Positions 10,237 to 24,252 of a stretch of 64,000 nucleotides of DNA are shown here, piece by piece. The position numbers and the translations under genes were made by a program. Origin of the DNA: an uncultured Actinomycetota bacterium (lineage in GTDB: Bacteria > Actinomycetota > Actinomycetes > JAHEKZ01). The notes below the pieces were generated by a model that saw only the letters and a program-made list of their open reading frames with translations, made no database searches and was not told the DNA's origin. Position 1 is the stretch's first letter, and each line of letters starts with the position of its first letter. The stretch is from positions 1,824,001 through 1,888,000 of the forward strand of contig CAWHIJ010000003.1 of NCBI GenBank assembly GCA_963829525.1, read 5' to 3'.

Positions 10237-10272
10237 GCTCGGGTTTCTACGACAGCACCGGAGGCAACACCG

Positions 10273-11031
10273 ATGGATCTCGGACTCACAGACCGGGTCT
10301 TCGTGGTCACAGGTGGCAGCCGTGGCCTAGGCCGTGCCACGGCGGAGGTGCTTGTTGGCGAGGGGGCCAAAGTCGTCCTGGCCGCCCGTGACGCGGACAC
10401 ACTGAACGAGACCGTTGCATCCCTCGGGCCAGACCGTGCCTTCGGGGTCCCCACCGACCTCACCGTTGCCGGTGCCGAGCAACGGCTCATTGCCGCTGCG
10501 GTCGCAAGGTATGGCCGGATCGATGGCGGGCTGCTTTCCTGCGGCGGTCCCCCGGCCGGGACCGTTCTGGAGACCACAGACGACGTCTGGCGGTCAGCAT
10601 TTGAGTCGGTCTTTCTAGGGCCGCTGCGCGCCGCTCGGGCACTCGCCTCCACGATGGATGATGGCGGCGCGCTCGCCTTCGTTCTCAGCAGCTCAGCGCG
10701 TGAACCGATTCCGGGGCTTTCGGTGTCCAACGGTCTCCGGCCAGGACTTTCCGGCATCGTGAAGGACTTGGCGGACGAGCTTGCACCCCAGGCCATTCGG
10801 GTCAACGGACTGATGCCCGGACGGATAAACACCGACCGAACGAGGGAATTGGACGCCAAAGCTGGCCGGGGCGACTCCGCTCGTCGACGGCAGGAGAGCC
10901 TGATCCCGCTCGCACGATACGGAGACCCGATCGAGTTCGGGACGGTGGCTGCGTTCGTCCTCTCGGCCGCCGCGTCCTATCTGACCGGCGCGCTGATTCC
11001 CATCGACGGCGGCGCCCGCCGCTCGCTGTAA
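10273..11031 (+). CDS. Short-chain dehydrogenase/reductase
   Basis: MDLGL...TGGSRGLG, GGPPAG, SNGLRPGL, PGRINTDR. Confidence 0.92.
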   Translation: MDLGLTDRVFVVTGGSRGLGRATAEVLVGEGAKVVLAARDADTLNETVASLGPDRAFGVPTDLTVAGAEQRLIAAAVARYGRIDGGLLSCGGPPAGTVLETTDDVWRSAFESVFLGPLRAARALASTMDDGGALAFVLSSSAREPIPGLSVSNGLRPGLSGIVKDLADELAPQAIRVNGLMPGRINTDRTRELDAKAGRGDSARRRQESLIPLARYGDPIEFGTVAAFVLSAAASYLTGALIPIDGGARRSL

Positions 11032-11045
11032 GGCCCGTTGCTCTG

Positions 11046-12470
11046 TCAACGTTGTTCGCGGGGTGGTGGGTCGGGGTTGGTGGGGATTGGTCGGGGTTGG
11101 TGTATTGCCAGGGTTGGGTGAGGTATTTGCGTCCGGTGGGGGTGGTCCAGGTCATGATCCCGGTGGGGTGGAGTTCGGCGTTCCATCCGGGGGTGTGTTT
11201 GAGGCGGTGGTGCCGCCGGCACAAGACGGCAAGGTTGGTCGCTGCGGTGGGGCCTTGCGGCCAGGGCACGGTGTGGTCGAGGTCGGTGCCGGCGCTGTCG
11301 GCGGAGCGGCGGCAGCCGGGGAACCGGCAGGTCACATCCCGGGCGCGGACGGCCCGGTCCAGCCCTGCTGACGGCCGGTAGCGGTTCTCGGCGAGGTCGG
11401 TCAGGATCCCGGTGGTCGGGTCGGTCAGCAACCGCCGAGATGCTGACAGGGGTTCCCATCTCAGAGCCGGTGCCGGCCCCAGTGCCAGACCCGGTGCCAG
11501 ACCCAGTGCTGGTGTCAGTCCCGATCTGGGCCCCAAGCCCTGATCGCAGCAACTCTGCTACTTCGGTGGCGGTGACCGGTCCCAGTCCGGGAACCCAGCC
11601 GGGTTGGTCGCTGTCTCCGGTGATCGTGTCGGCGGGCACGATCACCTGCAGGTTCACCGCAGGTGGCTGGGTGCGTCCGAGGAGCAGGTCGACCATCGTG
11701 TCGGCGCGGCGTTGGTCCATGGTCCGGGCATCACCGGCGTCGCTGCCGCCCAGCTGCTGGGCGCAGCTGGTCAGCGCTATCTGGATCTGTCTGGCCTGCA
11801 CCGAGGGGAGCAGCGCCCACAGCTCGCTCATGCCGTCCTCACCGGGGGTGATGACCACCCGCCGGTCCCCCATGGCTTGTTGCCGGCGAACCTCAGCCGC
11901 CCCGGGGTCCGCGGCGATCACCTTCCGGCGCAGCCACTCCCGCAGCTGCGGCGCGGTCCGGGACCGACCGGGGACGGTGGCGTAGCCGACGGCATCGGCG
12001 GCTAGCGCCTCGACCTGTCCGGTGGTCACGGTGGCGGGATCGGAGCCGGGGTGCAGGTGGCTGAGCTGCTCGACGATCACCGCGACCTTGCGGGCATCGA
12101 CCCGGCCGGCCCGCCACGCCGCAGCGACCACCGGCAGGCCGGCGACCCGGCACGCAGTGTCATACCGGGCCACCGCGGCCATCTTCGTCCACCCCAGCAG
12201 CACCCCGATCTCATCGGGAACATACGTTTCGCGGCACTGCTGCGACCACATCGGGTCACCTCCGGCGACCACTTCGGCCCGGTCAGCGGCCCGCGCCCGG
12301 ACCCCCATCTGCACCATGATCTGCGCTTGGTGAGCGGCCAACATCTGCGCTGCCTGCTCACACGCCACCAGCTCGTCGCGAAGCGCATCATCACCGAGCC
12401 GCGCGACCGACATCGCAGCACCGAGCAGCCGATCAACCTGCTCGACGATGCTGACCGTGGAGGAGTTCAT
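11046..12470 (-). pseudogene. DUF222 / HNH endonuclease (13E12-repeat-like) gene with two compensating frameshifts
   Basis: The N-terminal frame has DUF222-like motifs (DARTMDQRRADTMVDLL). The HNH domain (RARDVTCRFPGC...DLDHTVPW...NLAVLCRRHHRLKH) lies in another frame, after an extra base at about 11438 and before a missing base at about 11089. Confidence 0.8.
11467..11514. repeat. Imperfect 12-bp tandem repeat encoding a G-T-G-S linker
   Basis: ccggtgccggcc / ccagtgccagac / ccggtgccagac / ccagtgctggtg; translates as TSTGSGTGSGTGAGTG. Confidence 0.75.
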
Positions 12471-12477
12471 GCACCAC

Positions 12478-12499
12478 ACTCTGCCAGCCACCACCGACA
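12478..12499 (-). promoter_or_regulatory. RecA-NDp / PafBC-type DNA-damage promoter of the DUF222-HNH gene
   Basis: TGTCGG-TGGTGGCTGG-CAGAGT, 7 nt before ATG 12470; fits TGTCRG-N10-TANNNT apart from C at the first -10 position. Confidence 0.7.
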
Positions 12500-12585
12500 A
12501 GACGGCGCGAGTTTCCCCAGGCACAGCCTGCCGAAACTCGACCCACCTCACCTCACACTAAACGCCCAAATCCGGCACCCAAAGA

Positions 12586-12699
12586 TGCACTCGACGAGCA
12601 GCGACGTCAACCTGATGTGCACTCGACGAGCAGTGGCGTCAACCTGATGTGCACTCGAGAAGCAGCGACGTCAACCTGATGTGCACTCGACAAGCAGCG
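12586..12699. repeat. 32-bp tandem repeat, about 3.6 copies
   Basis: Unit tgcactcgacgagcagcgacgtcaacctgatg starting at 12586, 12618, 12650 and 12682, with 1-2 substitutions per copy relative to the first and no spacers. Confidence 0.95.
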
Positions 12700-12703
12700 G
12701 GGC

Positions 12704-14584
12704 CTAGAGCTGAGGCGCCAGCTGGGTGCGGTACAGATCTGCGTAGAGCCCAGCATGGTCCAGGAGAGTGTCGTGGTCACCACGTTCGACCACACGGCCA
12801 CCGTCGACCACAAGGATCTGATCTGCGGCACGCACTGTCGACAGCCGGTGGGCGATCACCAGAGACGTGCGCCCCTCCAGCGCAGTGTCCAGTGCCTCCT
12901 GAACGTAACGCTCGGACTCACTGTCCAGGTGAGCGGTCGCCTCATCCAAGATCACGACGGCCGGCGACTTCAGCAGCAAGCGGGCAATCGCGAGACGTTG
13001 CTTCTCTCCCCCGGAGAGTCGGTGCCCACGATCGCCTACGACGGTGGCAAGGCCCTCCGGGAACGAGCGAACGAGGTCTTCGATGCGCGCCGAACGCAGC
13101 GCCTCCCATATGTCGGCCTCGGTGGCCGCGGGAGCGGCATAGCGGAGGTTCGCCTCAATCGTGTCGTGGAAGAGATGCGCATCCTGCGTGACGACGCCGA
13201 CCGAACGCTGCAGCGAGCTCAACGTCATGTCTCGGACGTCAACTCCACCGACCATTACCTGTCCGTCAGTGACGTCGTACAACCTGCTCACCAAAGAAGT
13301 GAGCGTGGTCTTGCCCGCACCCGAGGGACCGACCAGCGCCACCATTTGGCCCGGGGCGACCTCAAAGCTGATGTCGTTCAGCACCGGTCCTGAAGGTGCG
13401 CCGCCGGTACGTGCCACTACCTCCAACGACGCAAGCGACACGTCCTCGGCGCGAGGATAAGAGAACGAGACGTGGTTGAAACGCACCGAAGCTGGACCGA
13501 TGGGAATTTCGACGGCATCCGGCTTGTCGGCGATCATTGGCTTGAGGTCGAGCACCTCGAAGACTCTCTCGAAGCTGACAAGCGCCGTCATGATGTCGAC
13601 GCGGACGTTCGACAGGGCCGTGAGCGGGCCGTAGAGGCGACCGAGGAGCGCCGCAAGAGCAACAAGAGTTCCCACCGTAAGGGCCCCATCAATGGCTAGG
13701 AGTCCCCCGACTCCGTACACAAGAGCTGTTGCCAAAGATGCGATCAGAGTGAGCGCTGTGAAGAAGGCTCGGTTGGCCATCGCGATCTGGATGCCGACGT
13801 CGGCCACCCTCCGAGCTCTACCGCTGAACTCGGTCGCCTCTTCGTCGGGGCGGCCAAAGAGCTTGACCAACAGTGCCCCTGAGACGTTGAACCGCTCAGT
13901 CATCGTCGAGCTCATCTCAGCATTGAGCTGCATCGCCTCACGGGACATCTCGGCGAGGCGCCGTCCCACGTAGCGCGCCGGTACCAAGAAGATCGGGAGC
14001 AGCACCAGCGCCGCCAGGGTGATCTGCCAGGAGAGGGCCAGCATGGCGATCGTGACGACCACCAGGCTGATTGCGTTGGAGACCACACTCGAGAGCGTTG
14101 TCGTGAACGCCTGCTGGGCCCCGATGACGTCACTGTTGAGACGGGAGATCAGGGCACCGGTCTGCGTTCGGACGAAGAACGCCAGGGGCATGCGCTGTAC
14201 ATGGTCAAAGACCTGGCTGCGAAGGTCGTATATCAGCCCCTCACCGATCCGGGCTGAGTACCACCTGAGGATGAGCGACAGCAGAGCATCAAAGACCGCG
14301 AGGCCAGCGACGATCAGGGCAAGCGTGACCACCACCTGCTTGTTGCCAGGGGTTACCCCGTCGTCGATCAAGCGCAGAAGGAGGAGCGGGCTGGCCACCA
14401 CCAGGAGGGCGTCAACGACGGTGAGGATGAGGAAGTAGGTGATCGGACCTCGGTAGGGTCGGGCGTATCCAGCGACTCGCCGCACCGTTCCTGGTGTCAG
14501 CTTCTGCTCAGCGACACTGCCGTCGCGCGCAAAGGAGCGCAGCGTCGACCAGCTGTGCATGCTCAAAGGTCCTCCGGCTGGCAT
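12704..14584 (-). CDS. ABC transporter, fused permease and ATP-binding domains (exporter type)
   Basis: N-terminal TM domain; GPSGAGKT, LSGGEKQR, ILDEATAHLD; the true start may be 14566 or 14560. Confidence 0.93.
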   Translation of the reverse strand: MPAGGPLSMHSWSTLRSFARDGSVAEQKLTPGTVRRVAGYARPYRGPITYFLILTVVDALLVVASPLLLLRLIDDGVTPGNKQVVVTLALIVAGLAVFDALLSLILRWYSARIGEGLIYDLRSQVFDHVQRMPLAFFVRTQTGALISRLNSDVIGAQQAFTTTLSSVVSNAISLVVVTIAMLALSWQITLAALVLLPIFLVPARYVGRRLAEMSREAMQLNAEMSSTMTERFNVSGALLVKLFGRPDEEATEFSGRARRVADVGIQIAMANRAFFTALTLIASLATALVYGVGGLLAIDGALTVGTLVALAALLGRLYGPLTALSNVRVDIMTALVSFERVFEVLDLKPMIADKPDAVEIPIGPASVRFNHVSFSYPRAEDVSLASLEVVARTGGAPSGPVLNDISFEVAPGQMVALVGPSGAGKTTLTSLVSRLYDVTDGQVMVGGVDVRDMTLSSLQRSVGVVTQDAHLFHDTIEANLRYAAPAATEADIWEALRSARIEDLVRSFPEGLATVVGDRGHRLSGGEKQRLAIARLLLKSPAVVILDEATAHLDSESERYVQEALDTALEGRTSLVIAHRLSTVRAADQILVVDGGRVVERGDHDTLLDHAGLYADLYRTQLAPQL

Positions 14585-14680
14585 GAGGCGAATAGGGAGA
14601 GGTCCTCACCCTAGGAGGCGCAACACCGCACCCGCCGAGACCCTTCCCTGCTACGCGTTCTGCGAACGCCGCATAGGGGA

Positions 14681-14887
14681 CTAGGACCTTCCGCGGGTAG
14701 GCCCACCGCGACCGCGGAGGGTCGCACCCGACTCAAGGAGGACGCGGTGTACGAACCCGTAGGACCTGCCGGTCTCGGCAGCGATGGACCGAATGCTGCG
14801 TCCGCTCTCATACTGCTGGCGAAGTTCGTCTGACAGGGTTCCCCGCTCATCACCGGTGATGCGCCGGCCCTTCATCAGCTGTGCCAC
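14681..14887 (-). CDS. Small actinobacterial helix-turn-helix protein (HTH_58-like)
   Basis: YESGRSIRSIAAETGRSYGFVHRVLLESGATLRGRGG; GAGGAGG RBS. Confidence 0.88.
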   Translation of the reverse strand: MAQLMKGRRITGDERGTLSDELRQQYESGRSIRSIAAETGRSYGFVHRVLLESGATLRGRGGPTRGRS

Positions 14888-14979
14888 GTCCGCCTCCTCG
14901 TCTGGTGCCTGGTCACCTCCGATGATGCGGGATGTGCGGAGGTCCGGCCACTTGAAAGCGCACCGGCGAGGTGGCCAGG

Positions 14980-16578
<1,599 letters not shown>

Positions 16579-16639
16579 CGGTTCAGTATGACGAGGGCCA
16601 AGTCACCCCGACGAATCGGTTTCGCCGGTCGGACGAGCC

Positions 16640-16958
16640 TCAGACGTTGAAGCCGAGGGCCCGCAGCTGTTCACGACCGTCATCGGTGATCTTGTCGGGG
16701 CCCCAAGGCGGCATCCAGACCCAGTTGATTCTGACCGCGTCCACGAAAGGGCTCAGCGCGACTTGAGTCTGGTCCTCGATGACGTCGGTCAGCGGACATG
16801 CAGCCGAGGTCAGGGTCATGTCGATGATGGCAGTGTTTGCTTCATCGACAGTGATCCCATACACGAGGCCGAGGTCGACGACGTTGATCCCGAGCTCTGG
16901 GTCAACCACATCACGCATCGCCTCTGTCAGGTCGTCGCCAGTGGCGGTGACGGTTGCT

Positions 16959-16966
<8 letters not shown>
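16640..16966 (-). CDS. sufT: DUF59 / SufT-like Fe-S assembly factor
   Basis: DVVDPELGINVVDLGLVY, TLTSAACP, WMPPW; last gene of the suf operon; start reassigned to ATG 16966. Confidence 0.9.
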
Positions 16967-19550
<2,584 letters not shown>

Positions 19551-19554
<4 letters not shown>

Positions 19555-19883
19555 GTCAGATCACTGCTCCTGGTGGCGACGAAGACGGTGCCGTCCTCGA
19601 TCTTGACGGGGTAGACGGGGACGGGCTCGGTGGCCGGCAGCGACAGTGGGCGTCCGGTTCGTAGGTCGAACTGCGAGCCGTGCAGCCAACACTCGAGGGC
19701 ACAGCCGTCGACCTCACCTTCAGCGAGTGAAACCTGTCCGTGAGAGCAGATGTCGTTGATGGCGAATACCTCGCCCTCGGTAAGGACCACCGCAATGGTG
19801 ATGCCGTCGACAACGGCCTTGCGTGGTTCGCCATCGGTGAGGTCTGCGAGTGGGCAGACGGCTGCAAAGTGATCGGTGCTCAT
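19551..19883 (-). CDS. Rieske-type ferredoxin in the suf operon
   Basis: CSH...CWLHGSQFDLRTG. Confidence 0.92.
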
Positions 19884-21064
19884 GAAGCAATAGCCCTCTC
19901 CAGCTCGGTCTCCAGGGCGGCAGCCAGGCGCTCGGTCACGAAGGGGACACCGATGCGGTCTCGCAGCTCGGCAAAAAAGCCAGTGACGACCAGTCGGCGC
20001 GCCTCCAGCTCAGGAATGCCCCGAGCCATCAGGTAGAAGAGCTGGTCGTCGTCGAGCCGCCCGGTGACACTTGCATGGCCAGCGCTCGCGACATCCCCGG
20101 TTTCGATCTCCAAGTTGGGGACGGAGTCCGCGCGCGGACCATCGGAGAGCAGCAAGTTGCGGTTGATCTCGTAGGTCTCGGTACCGACCGCCCCGGCTCT
20201 GATCAGAACATCGCCGATCCAGACCGAGTGCGCACCTTCGCCGATCAAGGCACCTTTGTAGTTCACGTTGCTACGGCAGTGCGGCTCGCTGTGGTCGACG
20301 AATATCCGGTGCTCGTGGTGCTGGTGGGGGTCGGTGAAGAAGAGCCCGAGCAGCTCGATGTCTCCCCCGGGGCCAGCGAACGTCACTTCAGGCGTGATCC
20401 TTAGGACCTCGCCGCCGAGTGACACCACGACGTGGACGACCCGTGAGTCGCGGCCGACCTCTATGTGGTGAGCGGACAGGTGAACGGTGTCAAGGTCCCA
20501 GTCGAGCAACGACACAACCGTGAGGTGGCCCTGGTCACCAACCTTGATTTCGAGATTGTCGGCATACGTCGCTGATCCCACATGGTCCAGTACCACGACG
20601 GCGGACGAGAACGCCTCGACCTCAAGCAGTATGTGACCGAAGTCAGCACCGGCCGCACTGCTGCCATGCGCGCGCACCACGATCGGCTCGGTGAGCTGCG
20701 TGTCCTGCGGCACAGTGAGCACGGTTGCCGTCGCGGCCGCGGAGAAGGCAAGTGCCGCGACACGTTCTGCTGGTACACCAACAGTCCCCAGCCTTGGGTC
20801 GCGTTGTGCGCCCCGATGAGCGACCCGCTCGACCTTGACATCGCTCGGCGCCTTCACCTCAACGGTGACGCTCCCGGACCCGACAACAGCCCCGACATCC
20901 TCGGTGAGCAGATCGCGAAGTTGAGCCATCGGGGTGAACCGCCACTCCTCTTCACGCCCCACGGGGACCGGGAAGTCTGCGGGGTTCGTCGACCGCAGAC
21001 GTTCACTGCGGTCAACAGCGGGAACATCCGGGCGCGTGCCGGACTTCTGGGACAACGGAGCCAC
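19880..21064 (-). CDS. sufD: Fe-S cluster assembly protein SufD
   Basis: EEEWRFTP, ADSVPNLEI, GHAS, LFYLMARGI. Confidence 0.95.
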   Translation of the reverse strand: MAPLSQKSGTRPDVPAVDRSERLRSTNPADFPVPVGREEEWRFTPMAQLRDLLTEDVGAVVGSGSVTVEVKAPSDVKVERVAHRGAQRDPRLGTVGVPAERVAALAFSAAATATVLTVPQDTQLTEPIVVRAHGSSAAGADFGHILLEVEAFSSAVVVLDHVGSATYADNLEIKVGDQGHLTVVSLLDWDLDTVHLSAHHIEVGRDSRVVHVVVSLGGEVLRITPEVTFAGPGGDIELLGLFFTDPHQHHEHRIFVDHSEPHCRSNVNYKGALIGEGAHSVWIGDVLIRAGAVGTETYEINRNLLLSDGPRADSVPNLEIETGDVASAGHASVTGRLDDDQLFYLMARGIPELEARRLVVTGFFAELRDRIGVPFVTERLAAALETELERAIAS

Positions 21065-21066
21065 GG

Positions 21067-22479
21067 TCAGCCCACCGCCCCTTCCATCTGCAGCTCGATC
21101 AACCGGTTGAGCTCTAGGGCGTACTCCATGGGCAACTCGCGGGCAATCGGCTCCACGAAGCCGCGAACGATCATTGCCATCGCCTCGTCCTCGGTCATTC
21201 CGCGACTCATCAAGTAGAAGAGCTGGTCTTCGGAAAGCTTGGTAACCGTCGCCTCATGACCCATCGACACATCGTCTTCACGGATGTCGGCGTACGGATA
21301 GGTGTCGGAGCGGCTGATGTCGTCGACCAGCAGCGCATCGCACTTCACCGTCGACTTCGACCCGTGACACCCTTCCTTGATCTGGACCAGGCCACGGTAC
21401 GAAGTGCGTCCACCACCACGAGCCACCGATTTGGAGATCACGTTCGAGGAGGTGTTCGGGGCCGCGTGCACCATCTTTGACCCGGCATCTTGGTGCTGTC
21501 CCTCACCTGCGAAGGCGACCGAGAGGGTCTCACCCTTCGCGTGCTCACCGACGAGCCACACGGCCGGGTACTTCATGGTGACCTTGGAGCCGATGTTGCC
21601 ATCGACCCATTCCATCGTGGCGCCCTCGTGAGCAACGGCTCGCTTCGTGACGAGGTTGTACACGTTGTTCGACCAGTTCTGGATGGTGGTGTACCTGCAT
21701 CGGGCATTCTTCTTCACGATGATCTCGACAACAGCTGAGTGAAGTGAGTCGCTGGAGTAGATCGGAGCCGTACAACCCTCGACGTAGTGCACGTAGGCAC
21801 CTTCATCGACGACGATCAGCGTGCGTTCGAACTGACCCATGTTCTCGGTGTTGATCCGGAAGTAGGCCTGCAGGGGGATCTCCACGTTGACGCCCTTGGG
21901 CACGTAGATGAAGGATCCGCCAGACCATACGGCGCTGTTCAAGGCTGCAAACTTGTTGTCGCCAGAGGGAATCACGGTGCCGAAGTACTCGCGAAAGAGC
22001 TCAGGCTGCTCGCGAAGCGCCGTGTCGGTGTCGAGGAAGAGCACGCCCTGCTGCTCGAGGTCCTCGCGGATGGTGTGGTAAACCACCTCGGACTCGTACT
22101 GCGCCGCAACGCCCGCAACCAGACGCTGCTTCTCAGCCTCGGGGATGCCCAGCTTGTCGTAGGTGTTCTTGATGTCCTCGGGAAGCTCTTCCCATGACGT
22201 TGCCTGTCTCTCCGTGGAGCGGACGAAGTACTTGATGTTGTCGAAGTCGATCCCGGTGAGGTCCGACCCCCACGTGGGCATGGGTTTCTTGCCGAACAGG
22301 CGCAATGCCTTCAGTCGGTAGTCGAGCATCCACTCTGGCTCGTTCTTCTTCGACGAGATGTCGCGGACGACCGCTTCAGACAGCCCGCGTTGGGCGGCGC
22401 TGCCAGCAGCGTCTTGGTCGTGCCATCCGAACTCGTAGGTGCCGAGTCCGTCGAGCTCTGGATGGGCCGTGGTGCTCAT
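21067..22479 (-). CDS. sufB: Fe-S cluster assembly protein SufB
   Basis: [24 protein letters not shown]; start ATG 22479 overlaps the sufR stop; no intein. Confidence 0.97.
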   Translation of the reverse strand: MSTTAHPELDGLGTYEFGWHDQDAAGSAAQRGLSEAVVRDISSKKNEPEWMLDYRLKALRLFGKKPMPTWGSDLTGIDFDNIKYFVRSTERQATSWEELPEDIKNTYDKLGIPEAEKQRLVAGVAAQYESEVVYHTIREDLEQQGVLFLDTDTALREQPELFREYFGTVIPSGDNKFAALNSAVWSGGSFIYVPKGVNVEIPLQAYFRINTENMGQFERTLIVVDEGAYVHYVEGCTAPIYSSDSLHSAVVEIIVKKNARCRYTTIQNWSNNVYNLVTKRAVAHEGATMEWVDGNIGSKVTMKYPAVWLVGEHAKGETLSVAFAGEGQHQDAGSKMVHAAPNTSSNVISKSVARGGGRTSYRGLVQIKEGCHGSKSTVKCDALLVDDISRSDTYPYADIREDDVSMGHEATVTKLSEDQLFYLMSRGMTEDEAMAMIVRGFVEPIARELPMEYALELNRLIELQMEGAVG

Positions 22480-23246
22480 GCGGAGGTCCTCTCCGTCGTG
22501 GGTGAATCCATGGGTGACCTTCTGACCGAAATCGGGATGACTGTGGTGCACACGCCGTCACCGTTGGCAATCGTGGCGAGGCGTTGGACATGGCGCCCCA
22601 ACAGCCTGCCGAATGCCTCGGTCTCGGCTTCGCAGAGCTGGGGGTACTGCCCTGCGACGTGAGCCACGGGGCAGTGGTGCTGGCACACCTGAACCCCTGC
22701 CGGCGCAGGATCGACACTGGTGGCGAATCCGAGGTCGCCCAAGGCGGCCGCGAACGCGTGCACCTGGTCGCTCTCTGAGGCCAGTCGCCAGTCGTTACCG
22801 AGGATGCCCCTGAGCCGTGCCTCGAGCGCAGCGCCTCGTGACTCGGCAAAGGCCATGACCGCATCGTGTCCGCCAAGTGCTTCGACGAAGGCGAGCGCTT
22901 CTACCGCGAGCTCGTCGTACTCGGCGGGGAACTGTGCGCGTCCCTCTGCTGTCAGGGCGAAGGTGCGAGCGGGACGACCTCGGCCGCGGGCGGGCCGGGG
23001 ACCGTATGGCGGCCGATCGGTGGCCTCGACCATGCCGTCTGCGCTCAGGCTGTCGAGATGACGGCGCACTGCGGTGGAGCTGATTCCCAGACGACCCGCC
23101 AGGAGTGACGCGGTTGCCGGGCCCTCGTTCAAAAGTGACGCCGCCACCCGGTCACGTCCGGCACCATCAGCAACGGCATCGTGCGAGCGGTGGCGGCTCC
23201 CAGCTATGGGAGTCGGGCTGCTGGAAGCCGGGCTGGCGATTTTCAC
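22476..23246 (-). CDS. sufR: SufR-like HTH transcriptional regulator (Rv1460 family)
   Basis: [19 protein letters not shown]-terminal Cys motifs QHHCPV, QLCEAE, GVCTT; first gene of the suf operon. Confidence 0.88.
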   Translation of the reverse strand: MKIASPASSSPTPIAGSRHRSHDAVADGAGRDRVAASLLNEGPATASLLAGRLGISSTAVRRHLDSLSADGMVEATDRPPYGPRPARGRGRPARTFALTAEGRAQFPAEYDELAVEALAFVEALGGHDAVMAFAESRGAALEARLRGILGNDWRLASESDQVHAFAAALGDLGFATSVDPAPAGVQVCQHHCPVAHVAGQYPQLCEAETEAFGRLLGRHVQRLATIANGDGVCTTVIPISVRRSPMDSPTTERTSA

Positions 23247-23266
23247 AACTCCATTGTTGCGTAAAA
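23240..23266. promoter_or_regulatory. Putative SufR operator overlapping the leaderless sufR start
   Basis: AT-rich imperfect inverted repeat TTTTCACAAC-TCCATT-GTTGCGTAAAA covering the GTG and the AACAAT -10. Confidence 0.6.
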
Positions 23267-23310
23267 GGCCGCCTCCCGCACCTCCGGGGGTGCTTCCCTA
23301 GGCTCTGGGC

Positions 23311-24252
23311 GTGTCCGAACCCCATCCGGTCCCTGCCGACCGGCCAGCGCTCGTGGTCTCTGGCCTCGTCAAACGCTACGGCGATCGTGCTGTGGTCGAC
23401 TCGCTCGACTTGGTGGCCGATCGCGGTGCTGTGACAGCAGTTCTTGGCCCCAACGGTGCCGGCAAGACCACGACCCTGGAGATCTGTGAGGGTCTTCGTC
23501 GCCCGGATGCCGGAACCGTTGAGGTGCTCGGCAGAGCACCGCAAGACGAAGCGCTGCGCTCAAGAGTCGGCGTGATGCTGCAGGAGGGGGGCGTCTATGG
23601 CTCGGTGACCCCACGCGAAGCCTTGCGGCACGCGGCTGCGCTCTATCGGCGGCCACAGCCTGTCGCTGACCTGATCCAGGCCCTCGGCCTTGGCGAGGTG
23701 TCTGCTCTCCCCACGCGCCGGCTCTCCGGAGGCCAACGGCAGCGTTTGGGCGTGGCGCTCGCGATCGTCGGTCGGCCCGAACTGCTCTTCCTCGACGAGC
23801 CCTCCGCGGGGCTCGACCCGCAGTCGCGGCACGCGGTGTGGGATCTGATCGGCTCGCTCCGGACCGCCGGTGTCGCCGTTGTCCTGACCACGCACTACCT
23901 CGAGGAGGCCGAGCAGCTGGCAGACCACGTGGTGATCGTTGACCACGGACGCACAATCGCTGCCGGGAGCCCCCAGGACCTTGTCGCGACAGCGGCATTG
24001 GCCACGCTCCGCTTCACCACCGATCCGGACTTGGACGTTGCTGAGCTCCAGGCTCGGCTGCCTCAGGGCAGCACCGCTGCTGAGACCGCGCCTGGCAAGT
24101 ACCTGGTCGCTACTGCACATCTCACCGACGCCATCGCGCAGGTCACCTCCTGGTGTGCGCAAAACGGCGTCTCCCCGACCAGCATCAACTCTGAGCAACG
24201 CACCCTCGAGGACGTCTTCCTGGAGCTCACCGGAGAGGAGTTGCGCCCGTGA
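23311..24252 (+). CDS. ABC transporter ATP-binding protein (Rv1458c-like)
   Basis: [26 protein letters not shown]; TAGGCT -10 6 nt upstream. Confidence 0.92.
   Translation: MSEPHPVPADRPALVVSGLVKRYGDRAVVDSLDLVADRGAVTAVLGPNGAGKTTTLEICEGLRRPDAGTVEVLGRAPQDEALRSRVGVMLQEGGVYGSVTPREALRHAAALYRRPQPVADLIQALGLGEVSALPTRRLSGGQRQRLGVALAIVGRPELLFLDEPSAGLDPQSRHAVWDLIGSLRTAGVAVVLTTHYLEEAEQLADHVVIVDHGRTIAAGSPQDLVATAALATLRFTTDPDLDVAELQARLPQGSTAAETAPGKYLVATAHLTDAIAQVTSWCAQNGVSPTSINSEQRTLEDVFLELTGEELRP

Noticed and set aside
10802-11045. C-terminal extension of the HNH frame overlapping the SDR gene
   Set aside because: Better explained by a one-base deletion near 11089 that restores the stop at 11046
12586-12699. 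CRISPR array or TIGR-like guide array
   Set aside because: Units are contiguous and near-identical with no unique spacers or variable guide segments, and there are no cas or Nop-domain genes nearby
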